Below are positions 1-9,214 of a stretch of DNA of 64,000 bases, piece by piece (position 1 is the first letter of the stretch; each line of letters begins with the position of its first letter). The stretch is from Solidesulfovibrio sp. GTDB lineage: Bacteria > Desulfobacterota > Desulfovibrionia > Desulfovibrionales > Desulfovibrionaceae. The position numbers were made by a program, and so were the translations under genes. Location of the stretch: the NCBI RefSeq assembly GCF_038562415.1, contig NZ_JBCFBA010000027.1, positions 1,847 to 65,846 of the forward strand, in the 5' to 3' direction. Below the pieces are notes generated by a model that saw only the letters and a list, made by a program, of their open reading frames with translations, was not told the origin of the DNA and did no database searches.

Positions 1-1795
1 TGCGCAAGGAGAGCGGCTGGCCGGCCGAAAGCCGGTCCACGCCGAGAAGTTTCGCCGGCAGGGCCAGTTCCACGGCGATGTGCGGCAGGGGCTTGTCCAG
101 CACCTGGGCCAGGCCCTGGTCCGCGATGGGCGACAGGGTGCCGTCGTCGGCCACGCGGTAGAGCTTCGGGGCCAGCTCGAACCGGCCCGGATACAGGTGG
201 TGGGGGCGCGGCACCAGGCACAGGACGAAATGGCGCACCCCCGCCCCGGCGTCCACGTCGAGGCTTATGCGGTAGCTCTCCGACGGCGGAAAATCGCCGT
301 CGCGGGCGAGCAGGTACAGGTCGGCGTAGTTCTGGGCCAGGTTGAAGAGGGCAAGCCCCGTTTCGTTCCAGGAGACGTGCACATCGCCGAAGGGCACGTG
401 GGGGGCCGGCACCGTGAACCAGGGCAGGCGCGTGCCGGCCTTGTCCGGCCAGTCGGCCAGGGAGTCGTCGGCGGCGTTTACGGGCGCGGCGGCCTTGCGG
501 ATGGGGATGACCGCCGGCTGGGGCGGGGTCGTCCTGCCCCCGCTGTCCGCATGGATGGCCGGGACCCGGCCGTTGGCCGCGGCCAGCGCGGCGGTGAGGC
601 CTTCGTAGGGGACGTTGCGGATGTCCACCAGGCCCATGTTGAAGTTCTCGCCGTCGCCGCGCCCGGTGGAGGGCTCGTCGTAGTACTGGAACCAATGGAT
701 GCCGGCGACATTGCGAAAGGCGGCGAAATTGCGCACGGCCGCCGCCGCGCCCACGGCCCGCTCGGCCTGCGTTTTGACGTGCATCAGGTGGCCGTTGTTG
801 ACGTTGCCCGAACGGTTCTCGTCGGCGGCGAAGAAGAATTCCGAAATGAGCACCGGCACGTCGGTGAGCCGCTCCAGGCCCTCGAAATAGTACGGCGCCA
901 CCCAGCCGTCGGGGGTGTCCACGTTGTAGTTGGTGGACAGCACGTCCAGGAAGCCGCGCGAGGCCAGCACCGCGTCCTGGTTGTAATACAAGGGCAAGCG
1001 GTCGCCCATGACCAGCCGGTGCGGATCCACGGCCTTGAGCGCCTTGTACACCAGTTCGTAGTACCGGCCGGCGCAGGCGGCGGTAAAGCGCTGGATCAGC
1101 GCGATGCCGTTACCGCCCGGGCGCAGCTTGAGCTCGGCTCGGCCCTTCTTGAGGTCCTCAAAGGAGTTGGCTCCCTCGCCCGGTACGAAATCGGCCAGGA
1201 GTTTGCGCCAGTCGCCCTTGTAGTGGTCGTACACCATGCGCCACAGGAACCGCTTGGTGTAGATGGCCCACTCGTTGCCCAGGTACCAGCGAAACAGCGG
1301 CGCGTTCCACCAGCCGACCTCGTTGTCCGTGAAATAGCCGATGACGGCCGGATTGTCCTTGTAGGGGGCGGTCAGCTCCCGGGCCTTGGCGATGGTGCGC
1401 TCCAAGGCGTCCGGGGCGAAGGGATCGAACCAGTGCAGCCGGCTGTTGCGGCCGAGGTCGATCTCGGGCACGAGCGGCAAGGTCATGGCCGTGGTCGGGT
1501 CGGACCAGCCGCCCCGGGTGTTGAATCCCCAGGCATACAGGCGCTGCTGGGTATCGGCCGCCCAGGCGGCCTGGTCGGGGTAATGGTCCTCCCACCAGTA
1601 GCCGTGCTCCCGGTAATGCCTGTCGCCGCCGTTGACGGTGTCCGCGCCGATGGAGAAAAACCGCACCCCGCCAGGGAGCGTCAGCCACCAGGCGCCGCCG
1701 TCGCGCGTCGTGCCGAAGCCGCCGGCCAGGGCCAGGCCGGACAGCAGCCAGGCGGCCAGCAGCGCGGGCAGCGACAAAAAGACAATACGCTTCAT
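1..1795 (-). CDS. Secreted clan GH-A glycoside hydrolase, GH50/beta-agarase-like, with a C-terminal accessory (possibly sugar-binding) domain; partial, runs off the left edge
   Basis: Hand translation from ATG 1795: signal peptide MKRIVFLSLPALLAAWLLSGLALA, WGFNTRGGWS, GYFTDNEVGW (acid/base NE), VLISEFFF (nucleophile), GIHWFQYYDEPSTGRGDGENFNMGLVD (GH50-type C-terminal motif). No stop was met where translated, and the frame is still open at position 1, which would explain its absence from the ORF track. Confidence 0.75.
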   Translation of the reverse strand, partial: MKRIVFLSLPALLAAWLLSGLALAGGFGTTRDGGAWWLTLPGGVRFFSIGADTVNGGDRHYREHGYWWEDHYPDQAAWAADTQQRLYAWGFNTRGGWSDPTTAMTLPLVPEIDLGRNSRLHWFDPFAPDALERTIAKARELTAPYKDNPAVIGYFTDNEVGWWNAPLFRWYLGNEWAIYTKRFLWRMVYDHYKGDWRKLLADFVPGEGANSFEDLKKGRAELKLRPGGNGIALIQRFTAACAGRYYELVYKALKAVDPHRLVMGDRLPLYYNQDAVLASRGFLDVLSTNYNVDTPDGWVAPYYFEGLERLTDVPVLISEFFFAADENRSGNVNNGHLMHVKTQAERAVGAAAAVRNFAAFRNVAGIHWFQYYDEPSTGRGDGENFNMGLVDIRNVPYEGLTAALAAANGRVPAIHADSGGRTTPPQPAVIPIRKAAAPVNAADDSLADWPDKAGTRLPWFTVPAPHVPFGDVHVSWNETGLALFNLAQNYADLYLLARDGDFPPSESYRISLDVDAGAGVRHFVLCLVPRPHHLYPGRFELAPKLYRVADDGTLSPIADQGLAQVLDKPLPHIAVELALPAKLLGVDRLSAGQPLSLR

Positions 1796-1830
1796 GAAAG
1801 GCCGCAGACGTCGCATCAAATCCAGGCCCC

Positions 1831-3015
1831 TCACGCCAGGGCGTCGGCCAAAAGCTTGGCCAGGACCGTGTCGGAGTCGAAATAGCGCGTCGCAAAGGCC
1901 TTGGCCGCCTTGGCATGGCGCCCCCAGTCGGCGCGCACGGCCTCGATGCCGGCCAGGGCCCCGGCCTCGTCGTCGAAGGCGATGACCCCCTCGCCCACAT
2001 CCATGAAGCGGGAATAGCCGGTGTCCTGGACCACGGCCGGCCGGCCGGAAGCCAGGTAGCAGGCCGTGCGGCAGGAAAACCAGCCCGAGCGCGTGGCCAC
2101 GTAGGCGTTTTTGGCCGTGGAGAATTCGGCCAGGCTGTCCCAGATGTAGTCCCGGTAGACCCAGGGCGTCTGGGACATGGAAAAGCCGTCGCGCAGTTTC
2201 CAGCCCTTCTCCTCCAGCAGTTCGCGCGGCGGCTTGCCGCCGCCCAGGGCCAGTTCCAGGGTGGCCGAGGTCTTCCGGGGCAGGTCCAGCATCTTCTCGA
2301 ATTCCAGGTTCTTGCCGCCGTACTGCACGCCGCCGACGTTGGGTCCCTTTTGCGTCGGCTGCCAGGACAGCACGGTGGTGAAGACGTCGCGGGGCGGCTT
2401 GGCCGGGGCATCGGCCCAGCTGTCCAGGACAATGGGCTGGCGGGTGGGGATCCAGTCCACGATGCCTTTGGGCACGGCGCAAAAGTCTTCGTTTATGTTC
2501 TCGCCGAAGGAGAAAAAGACGTCGTGGCGGCGCATGTTCTCGATGTTGCGCTTTTCCTCGTCCGTCGCCGTGCCGTCCAGGTACTGGGGAAAGCTCGACT
2601 GGGTGTAGAGGGGGTCGGAGTCGATGAGGACCTTGACCGGGATTTTGGCGTAGGCCTCGCGCAGCTGGCAGGTGGTGGAAATATTGAAAAAGACGTCGGC
2701 GCGCCCCACCACCGCGGCCAGATCCTCGGCGGACATGCCCCAATGGCGGTCATCGGGGCCGATGACGCAAAAGCGCCTGGCCAGGCCCGGGTCCAGGGCG
2801 GCGACGTAATCGCCCAGGTATTTGGTGTGATAGGTCAGGTCATCGACGAAGGTGACGTTGAAGGGATCGTAGGCCCAGCCGCCGGTGTCTTCCAGATAAT
2901 AGACGTCATGGCCCAGGCGGTAGAACCCGTGCAGGTACTGGATGTAGTCCCAGGCCACGCCGCCCAGCGGATAGGTGGCGGCCAGCCCCGAAACGATGAT
3001 CGTGCGCTTTTGCAT
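1831..3015 (-). CDS. Glycosyltransferase (GT-B, GT4/CgeB-like), 394 aa
   Basis: Start MQKRTIIVSGLAATYPLGGVAWDYIQYLHGFYRLGHDVYYLEDTG; C-terminal GWFSCRTACYLASGRPAVVQDTG nucleotide-sugar-binding segment. The upstream in-frame extension is repeat sequence. Confidence 0.75.
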   Translation of the reverse strand: MQKRTIIVSGLAATYPLGGVAWDYIQYLHGFYRLGHDVYYLEDTGGWAYDPFNVTFVDDLTYHTKYLGDYVAALDPGLARRFCVIGPDDRHWGMSAEDLAAVVGRADVFFNISTTCQLREAYAKIPVKVLIDSDPLYTQSSFPQYLDGTATDEEKRNIENMRRHDVFFSFGENINEDFCAVPKGIVDWIPTRQPIVLDSWADAPAKPPRDVFTTVLSWQPTQKGPNVGGVQYGGKNLEFEKMLDLPRKTSATLELALGGGKPPRELLEEKGWKLRDGFSMSQTPWVYRDYIWDSLAEFSTAKNAYVATRSGWFSCRTACYLASGRPAVVQDTGYSRFMDVGEGVIAFDDEAGALAGIEAVRADWGRHAKAAKAFATRYFDSDTVLAKLLADALA

Positions 3016-3038
3016 TGAGCGGGCATCCTTATGCGGAA

Positions 3039-3110
3039 CCGGGGGAGGGAACCCCTTTTTGAAAAAAGGGGTTCCCTCCCCCGGACCCCCACCCTCCCGA
3101 AAAACTTTCA
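3039..3110 (+). repeat. REP-like hairpin element, headless variant (22-bp perfect stem, tail GGACCCC...AAAACTTT)
   Basis: ccgggggagggaaccccttttt-ga-aaaaaggggttccctcccccgg followed by acccccaccctcccgaaaaactttc; faces the copy at 3161-3220. Confidence 0.75.
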
Positions 3111-3160
3111 AGGGGGGGGGTGCTTGCCGCGTCTTCACGGCATCAGCCGTTAAAAGTTTT

Positions 3161-3220
3161 GGGAGGGGTCCAGGGGAACCTTTTTTCAAAAAGGTTCCCC
3201 TGGCCGCCGGAGGCATCTTC
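3161..3220 (-). repeat. REP-like element copy (GAAGATGCCTCCGGCGG head + 16-bp hairpin)
   Basis: Minus strand gaagatgcctccggcgg-ccaggggaaccttttt-ga-aaaaaggttcccctgg-acccctcccaaaactttt, 7 bp downstream of the lyase stop. Confidence 0.85.
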
Positions 3221-3227
3221 CCTCTTC

Positions 3228-4106
3228 TTACTCTCCCTTCTCAAAAAACAACTTCTCCCGCTCCCGCATAGCGGCGGCGCCGATGAAGCGGAAGTATTCC
3301 TCGAAATCGACCATGGTGTCCGGGCCGGCGAAACCGGCGCTGGTGCCATGGGCTTTAAGGTGTCCGGCCCAGGCCCGCAAGGCCCGCACGGCGGTAAAGA
3401 CCGAGGCGCAGGGGTAGGCGGCCAGGGCGTAGCCGACGTCCTGAAGCTGCGCGGCGCTCAGAAAGGGCGTGCGCCCGCCCTCGATCATGTTGGCCATGCT
3501 GGGTACGGGCACCGAGGCATTGACCGTGCGCATGTCCTCCACGGTGGTCACGGCTTCGACGAAGACCATGTCCGCGCCGGCGGCGGCGTAGAGGTTGGCC
3601 CGGCGGATGGCCTCGGCAAGGCCATGGACGGCGGCGGCGTCGGTGCGGGCCATGATGACGAAATCGGGGTCTTCCCGGGCCCAGAGCGCGGCCCTGAGCT
3701 TGGGCAGGTAGTCCTCGACGGGCACGACGGACTTGCCGGCCATGTGGCCGCAACGCTTGGGGAAGGTCTGGTCCTCGATGAAAAGCGCGGCCGCGCCCAG
3801 GCGTTCGACTTCGCGCACGGTGCGGATGACGTTGTTGACGTCGCCGAAGCCGGTGTCGATGTCGACCATGACCGGGAGGTCCACCCGGGCGATGAGGCGG
3901 GCGTAGTGGCCGAGCATTTCCGTGGCCGTGAGGAGCCCGATGTCCGGCAGGCCGAGCAGGCTGCCGGAGCTGCCGTAGCCGGCCACGGCCATGGCCTCGA
4001 AACCGGCCTCGGCGATGGCCAGGGCGGACAGGCCGTCGTGGGCCACGGGCAGCATGAGGAGCTGCGGGGCATTGACGAGTTGGCGAAACCGCGTGGTCTT
4101 TTTCAC
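3228..4106 (-). CDS. Isocitrate lyase/PEP mutase superfamily enzyme (PrpB/2,3-dimethylmalate lyase-like), 292 aa
   Basis: GTG start with GGGAGG RBS; DIDTGFG, IEDQTFPKRCGH active-site loop, ARTDA, GADMVFVE. Confidence 0.88.
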   Translation of the reverse strand: MKKTTRFRQLVNAPQLLMLPVAHDGLSALAIAEAGFEAMAVAGYGSSGSLLGLPDIGLLTATEMLGHYARLIARVDLPVMVDIDTGFGDVNNVIRTVREVERLGAAALFIEDQTFPKRCGHMAGKSVVPVEDYLPKLRAALWAREDPDFVIMARTDAAAVHGLAEAIRRANLYAAAGADMVFVEAVTTVEDMRTVNASVPVPSMANMIEGGRTPFLSAAQLQDVGYALAAYPCASVFTAVRALRAWAGHLKAHGTSAGFAGPDTMVDFEEYFRFIGAAAMREREKLFFEKGE

Positions 4107-4248
4107 CGAAACCTCCCTGATGCCCTCTGGCGAGGCGGACAGGCCCCGCCCGGTCCATGCGGCCGTCGGCCGCGCGCCCGCGTCCTCCCCTCCCCCGGCG
4201 GACGGCACGCGGGGCGAAGGGAGAACGCGGGCGGCGAACAGGACGATG

Positions 4249-6054
4249 TTAGGCGCAAAGGGGATGCGGCGGCAACTTCTCGGGGCGGCCCTTGCCCATC
4301 TGGATGGCGTGGAGACGGGCGAACTCGCCGTTTTTGGCCATGAGCTCGTCGTAGGAACCCATTTCGTGGATGCGCTGGTTCTTGATGACCAGGATCATGT
4401 CGGCCCGGCGCATCATGGACAGGCGGTGGGCGATGACGAAGGTGGTGCGGTTTTCCATGAGCCGTTCCAGGCCTTCCATGATCAGCGCCTCGGTCTCGGC
4501 GTCGAGCGCCGAGGTGGGCTCGTCGAGGATCAAAAGCGGCGAGTCCTTGAGCAGCGCCCGGGCGATGGCCAGGCGCTGGCGCTGGCCGCCGGAGAGGTTG
4601 GCGCCCTTTTCGCCGAGGATGGTGTCGTAGCCCTCGGGCAGGCCCATGATGAACTCGTGGGCGTTGGCGAGGTTCGCCACCCGCTCCACTTCCTCGCGCG
4701 TGGCCTGGCGGCGGCCGTAGGCGATGTTGTCGTGCACGGACATGGGAAACAGCTGGGTTTCCTGGAGCACGATGGCGATGCGCCGGCGCAGGCTTTTCAG
4801 CGACACGTCGCGCAGATCCTGACCGTCGATGACGATGGAGCCCTTTTGCGGATCGTAGAAGCGCAGCAAAAGGCTGATCAGCGAGGTCTTGCCGGCGCCG
4901 GTCTGGCCGACCACGGCCACGGTGGAACCGCCCCGGCAGACGAAATCGACGTCATTGAGGACCATCTTGTCGGCGCTGTAGCCGAAGCTGACCTTGTCGA
5001 AACGCACCTCGCCCCTGGTCACGACCAGGTCCGGGGCGTCGGGCTTTTCGGGCACGGCCTCGTCCACGGCCAGCACGTCCATGACGCGCCGGGCCCGGGC
5101 CAGCGAGGCCCGGATGCCGGCCACGGTGTCGCTTAAGCTATTAAGCGGCGTATACAGCGAGGCCAGGTAGGCGATGAAGACCAGCAGTTCGCCGGTGGAG
5201 AGCAGGCCGTCGAGGACGTGGCGCACGCCGATGTAGAGCACCAGCGCCGTGCCGGCGGCGGTGATGCCGGAGACCAGCCAGCCGTAGACGGTCTGCAGGG
5301 CGTACAGCGACAGCTTGCGGTCGAAGGAATGCTTGGACTCGGCCACGAACTTGCGGCGCTCCTCCTCTTCCCGGCCGAAGGCCTGGACCAGGGTGATGGA
5401 GGAGAAGATGCGCTCCACGGTGGTGTAGACCTGGGATTCCTTGAGGTGGGTCTCGGTGGTCAGGTCCCCGATCTTGCGGGAGACGCGGGAGATGGCCAGA
5501 AACAGGAACGGAATGACGCACAGGGCGTAGAGCGTCAGTTCCACGTCCATCTGCAGGCACACGGCCAGCATGCCGAGCAGCAGCGCCGTGCTCGTCAGCG
5601 TGGTGAACACGCCGTTCATGAGCAGGGTCTGCACGGCGTAGGTGTCGCCCATGATGCGGTAGATGAGGTCGCCCGTGGGCCATTTCTGGTGGAAGAGCAG
5701 CGACTGGCGCTGGAGGTGGTCGAACAGGTCGCAGCGCAAATCCTGGACCATGTCCTGGCCCATGCGGATGGTCAGGTAGTTGTTGCACAGCTGCACGAAG
5801 CCGACCAGGAAGTGGACGCCCACCAGCATGCCGACCACGCAGGCGAGCTTGAACCCGACCGACCAGACGGCCAGGTCCGGGGTCCAGCCGAAGACGTCCA
5901 GGGGCTTGCCGCCGATGATCTGGTCCACGGCGAGCTTGAGCGGCCAGGGCTTGAGAAGCTCCATGGCGCTGGCCAGGCCGACCAGGACAAGGCCCAGGAG
6001 GAACAGGTATTTGTAAGGCTTCAAATACCCGAGAAGCGTGCGGAACATGCTCAT
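4249..6054 (-). CDS. ABC exporter, fused permease/ATPase (ABCB/MsbA-like), 601 aa
   Basis: N-terminal TM helices; Walker A GQTGAGKT, signature LSGGQRQR, Walker B LILDEPTSALD, IAHRLS. Confidence 0.92.
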   Translation of the reverse strand: MSMFRTLLGYLKPYKYLFLLGLVLVGLASAMELLKPWPLKLAVDQIIGGKPLDVFGWTPDLAVWSVGFKLACVVGMLVGVHFLVGFVQLCNNYLTIRMGQDMVQDLRCDLFDHLQRQSLLFHQKWPTGDLIYRIMGDTYAVQTLLMNGVFTTLTSTALLLGMLAVCLQMDVELTLYALCVIPFLFLAISRVSRKIGDLTTETHLKESQVYTTVERIFSSITLVQAFGREEEERRKFVAESKHSFDRKLSLYALQTVYGWLVSGITAAGTALVLYIGVRHVLDGLLSTGELLVFIAYLASLYTPLNSLSDTVAGIRASLARARRVMDVLAVDEAVPEKPDAPDLVVTRGEVRFDKVSFGYSADKMVLNDVDFVCRGGSTVAVVGQTGAGKTSLISLLLRFYDPQKGSIVIDGQDLRDVSLKSLRRRIAIVLQETQLFPMSVHDNIAYGRRQATREEVERVANLANAHEFIMGLPEGYDTILGEKGANLSGGQRQRLAIARALLKDSPLLILDEPTSALDAETEALIMEGLERLMENRTTFVIAHRLSMMRRADMILVIKNQRIHEMGSYDELMAKNGEFARLHAIQMGKGRPEKLPPHPLCA

Positions 6055-6225
6055 GACAACGATCCTTGCGGGATTTCCCGCTTCGCGCCGCCGGCGGACT
6101 GGCCGCCCGCGGCCCCTCGTCGCCGGGGGCATGGCGCCCCCGGGCTCCCCGAAAGGGGAAGAAAAACGGCTGACACGACACCGCGCCGCCCCCGGTTCCC
6201 GGAGGCGGCGCGGCGGACGCAGGTC

Positions 6226-8955
6226 CTAGGCAGCCTCGGTCTCCAGGACCTGGGCCGGGGCGAGTTCCTCGGGCGCGGCCTCGGGCGCGGGGGACGCCTC
6301 GGCGGTTTGCGGCTTGACCACCTTGGCCACGCGCTCGTCGACGGGCTCGGTCATGGAGCAGCCGGGGCGGGTGACCATGACGTACTGGGTGATGGTGGCC
6401 ACCAGCGAAGCGGCGCGGTAGAGGCCGGCGGCCATGGAGCCGGCCAGGGCCAGGGCCAGCACGCCGGCGCCCACGGCATACAGGGAATGGAAGAAGGCCA
6501 GGCCGGTGGCCAGCCCCAGGCTGGCCAGCAAGGCCACCACGGACAGGCCCGAAGGCAGGACCGAGCCGGCCATGCGCACGAAGCGCTTGTCCCCGCCGTG
6601 GTTCTCCACGGTGACGCGCAGCTTGGCCGTGGTCAGGCGGCCGGACTTGACCGAGAGGTCCCAGGGCGGCGTGGACGAGGAGGCGGAAAACCCGCTGTCC
6701 AGGGCATAGGAGACGCCCAGGGTGCGCAGCAGGCCGATCACGGCGCCAAGCAGCTCGTCGCGCTCCAGGCCCTTGTTGTTCCAGAAGAAGCGGTGGAAGG
6801 ACAGGCGGTGGGCCACAAGCCCGCCCGTGGCGGCCAGGCGGCGGGCAAGCCCCACCTTGGGCAGGTCGGCCTCGTCGCAGGCGGCGGTGCCGGCCATGGG
6901 CAGCGGGCAGGCGCCCACGCCGGCGGTGCGCTTTATGCCCCACAGGGTCTTGTAGCGGGTCCAGCCGCGCAGCACCGGCTGGGCCAGGGTCAGGCCGGCG
7001 ATGGTCAGGCGCGAGGCCAGGTTGTCGTGGCGTTCGGGCAGGCGGGCCTTGCTGACGCGATAGGCCACGAAGGCGATGGTCGTCGCGGCCATGGCCAGGC
7101 CGATGCCGCCGGCAATAAAGCTCAGGGGCGTGGCCAGCAGGCAGGCCAGGGCCAGCACCATCCATTCCATGGACAGGGGCAGGTAGGCGGCCAGGCTGCC
7201 CTTGGGCTCGTAGAGGGTCTGGAACAGGCCCATGCCGAAGGCGCCGTGGTAGACGATGGGCCGGGCGGCCAGAAGCGCCCCGGAGATGTCGCCGTAGATG
7301 CGGCCGGCCCAGCGGGAGTTGCCGAGCATGTTGAAGCGGAACTTGTGCTTGGGCAGAAGCAGCGCCTCGGCCCGGCCGTAGCCCTTCTGCTGCTTCAGGT
7401 AGGCCGAGACGGTGTTGCGGCGATGGTGCCACACGAACATGGCGGCGGAAAAGCCGATGAGGTGCCCCTGGTCCTGGAGGCGCCAGCACACGTCCACGTC
7501 GTCGCCGGCGGCGCGGTAGGTGGCGTCGAAGCCGCCGATGCCGGCCAGGTGCTCCTTGCGGTAGGCCATGTTGCAGCCGGGGATGTGCTCGGCGATCTCG
7601 TCGGTGAGAAGGACGTGGGTCGGGGCGCCGGGGGAGACGGCCACGCAGGCGGCGGTGCGGTTGTCCTCCAGCGGCGCCAGGTTGGGGCCGCCCACGGCCA
7701 CGAAGCGCGGGTCGGTGAACGCCCAGGCCATGTAGTGGAGCCAATGCGGGTCCACGTAGCAGTCGGAGTCGGTGTAGGCCACGATCTCGCCCCGGGCGGC
7801 GTTCATGCCGACGTTGCGGGCGGCGGACAGGCCCAGGTTGGGCTGGTGGATGACGTGGATGTAGGGCGCGGCCGCGGCATGGCGGTCGGCGATCTCGCCC
7901 GTGGCGTCGGTGGAGCCGTCGTCCACCACGATGACCTCGAAGTGGGGATAGTCGACCTTGGCGAAGGAGGCCAGGCAGCCGTCCATGGTGGAGTCGGCGT
8001 TGTAGGCGCACACGACCACGGAGATAAACGGCGCGCCCTCCGGCAGCATGGGGAGCTTCTGGCGGTAGACGTCGGCCACGGCCTTGTAGGCGGGCTTTTG
8101 CTTGCGGGTTTCGGTCACGACGCCGAACTTCCAGTCCTCGATGAGGTGGCCGCCGGTGTACCACTCGTCGGTCCAGGCGAAGACCATGGTGCCGGAAACG
8201 CCGAGTTCGAAGGCGGCGCGCAGCTGCCAGGACAGCGTCTCGGCCACGTGCTCCTCGTCGTTGCGCATGGAGTCCATGCCGAATTCGGACAGGACCAGGG
8301 GCAGTTCGCCGGCCACGTTCTGCAGGCGCTTGACGTAGGAACGGAAGGCCTTCTCGTCGTGGAGGTAGACGTTGACCGACAGGAAGTCGAGGAACGGCAG
8401 GCGCAGGTATTCGGTGGAGGGGTAGTTGGCGTAGGTGACCATGCCCTCGGGGTCTTCCTCGCGCACGATGGCGGCGAGGCGGGCCAGGAACTTCTCGACC
8501 TTGCCGGCGCCGTGCCAGCGCACGATGTGGCTGGGGATCTCGTTGCCGATAAGCCAGGCCAGGATGGCCGGGTGGCCGGCCAGGGAGGCCACGGCCTCGC
8601 GCACGGTCTTCTTGATGTCTTCCTTGACCTCCCACTGGTCCAGGAAGCACAGGTGCTGGGGCCAGGGGATGCCGATCATGACGCGGATGCCGTGGGCGGC
8701 GGCGATGTCCAGGAAACGGCGCGGCGGCACGTAGTAGACGCGGATGGCGTTGACGCCGGCCCGGCGCATGAGTTCGAAGTCGCGGCGGACGGTCTCGTCC
8801 TCGGGGAGGGGTTCGCCCCGGGAATTTTCCGGGAACGGCCCGTAGGTGACGCCCTTGATGAAGAACTTGTCCTCGCCGGCGAACAGGTAACGCCCCATGG
8901 CGCGAACACGGGGCAGAATCTTCTCGCCCGTCAGCCCTTCCTCGATCTGGAACAT
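6226..8955 (-). CDS. Fusion of a clan GH-A (GH2-like) TIM barrel, a GT2 glycosyltransferase and C-terminal membrane helices, 909 aa
   Basis: FFIKGVTYGPF, GVNAIRVY, WLIGNEIP, LVLSEFG (GH-A catalytic Glu pair); VVVCAYNA, VVDDGSTD, YTDSD (DxD), GDDVDVCWR, QQKGYG; hydrophobic C-terminal helices; RBS AGGAG. Confidence 0.85.
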   Translation of the reverse strand: MFQIEEGLTGEKILPRVRAMGRYLFAGEDKFFIKGVTYGPFPENSRGEPLPEDETVRRDFELMRRAGVNAIRVYYVPPRRFLDIAAAHGIRVMIGIPWPQHLCFLDQWEVKEDIKKTVREAVASLAGHPAILAWLIGNEIPSHIVRWHGAGKVEKFLARLAAIVREEDPEGMVTYANYPSTEYLRLPFLDFLSVNVYLHDEKAFRSYVKRLQNVAGELPLVLSEFGMDSMRNDEEHVAETLSWQLRAAFELGVSGTMVFAWTDEWYTGGHLIEDWKFGVVTETRKQKPAYKAVADVYRQKLPMLPEGAPFISVVVCAYNADSTMDGCLASFAKVDYPHFEVIVVDDGSTDATGEIADRHAAAAPYIHVIHQPNLGLSAARNVGMNAARGEIVAYTDSDCYVDPHWLHYMAWAFTDPRFVAVGGPNLAPLEDNRTAACVAVSPGAPTHVLLTDEIAEHIPGCNMAYRKEHLAGIGGFDATYRAAGDDVDVCWRLQDQGHLIGFSAAMFVWHHRRNTVSAYLKQQKGYGRAEALLLPKHKFRFNMLGNSRWAGRIYGDISGALLAARPIVYHGAFGMGLFQTLYEPKGSLAAYLPLSMEWMVLALACLLATPLSFIAGGIGLAMAATTIAFVAYRVSKARLPERHDNLASRLTIAGLTLAQPVLRGWTRYKTLWGIKRTAGVGACPLPMAGTAACDEADLPKVGLARRLAATGGLVAHRLSFHRFFWNNKGLERDELLGAVIGLLRTLGVSYALDSGFSASSSTPPWDLSVKSGRLTTAKLRVTVENHGGDKRFVRMAGSVLPSGLSVVALLASLGLATGLAFFHSLYAVGAGVLALALAGSMAAGLYRAASLVATITQYVMVTRPGCSMTEPVDERVAKVVKPQTAEASPAPEAAPEELAPAQVLETEAA

Positions 8956-9118
8956 AGCTCCCCTTCTCCTGGTATGGCGACGTATCGCCTTGTTTCGTTT
9001 GCGCCGCCGGTGCGGCGTCGTACTGGTCACGTTTTGGCAAGCTGCCGCCAACACCCCGGAATAACGAATAAATCCCTTTCAGTTCCGCCCGGGGAGGCAG
9101 GCTTGCGGAAGAGCCAAT

Positions 9119-9134
9119 AGCAACGAACGTGCCA
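9119..9134 (-). promoter_or_regulatory. Sigma54 (-24/-12) promoter for the glycan operon
   Basis: Minus strand TGGCACGTTCGTTGCT matches consensus TGGCACG-N4-TTGCW and points toward the 8955 start. Confidence 0.8.
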
Positions 9135-9214
9135 GGAGTGGGAAGCCAGGAAAACAGCCGGTCGGCGGGTCGGAAACGCGCGGCGGACGGCCTCCGGTTA
9201 CGAAAATTGCCCAT

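Noticed and set aside
80-1885. 601-aa plus-strand ORF
   Set aside because: Antisense shadow of the GH50-like gene; no motifs, typical high-GC artefact.
3228-4106. PEP mutase implying phosphonate-modified glycan
   Set aside because: Active-site loop is EDQTFPKRCGH, not the EDK-x5-NS PEP mutase signature; no phosphonopyruvate decarboxylase nearby.
5141-9214. 1357-aa and 1300-aa ORFs over the ABC and GH-GT2 genes
   Set aside because: Alternative-frame and antisense ORFs with Arg/Pro/Gly-rich nonsense composition; real genes are identified in other frames.
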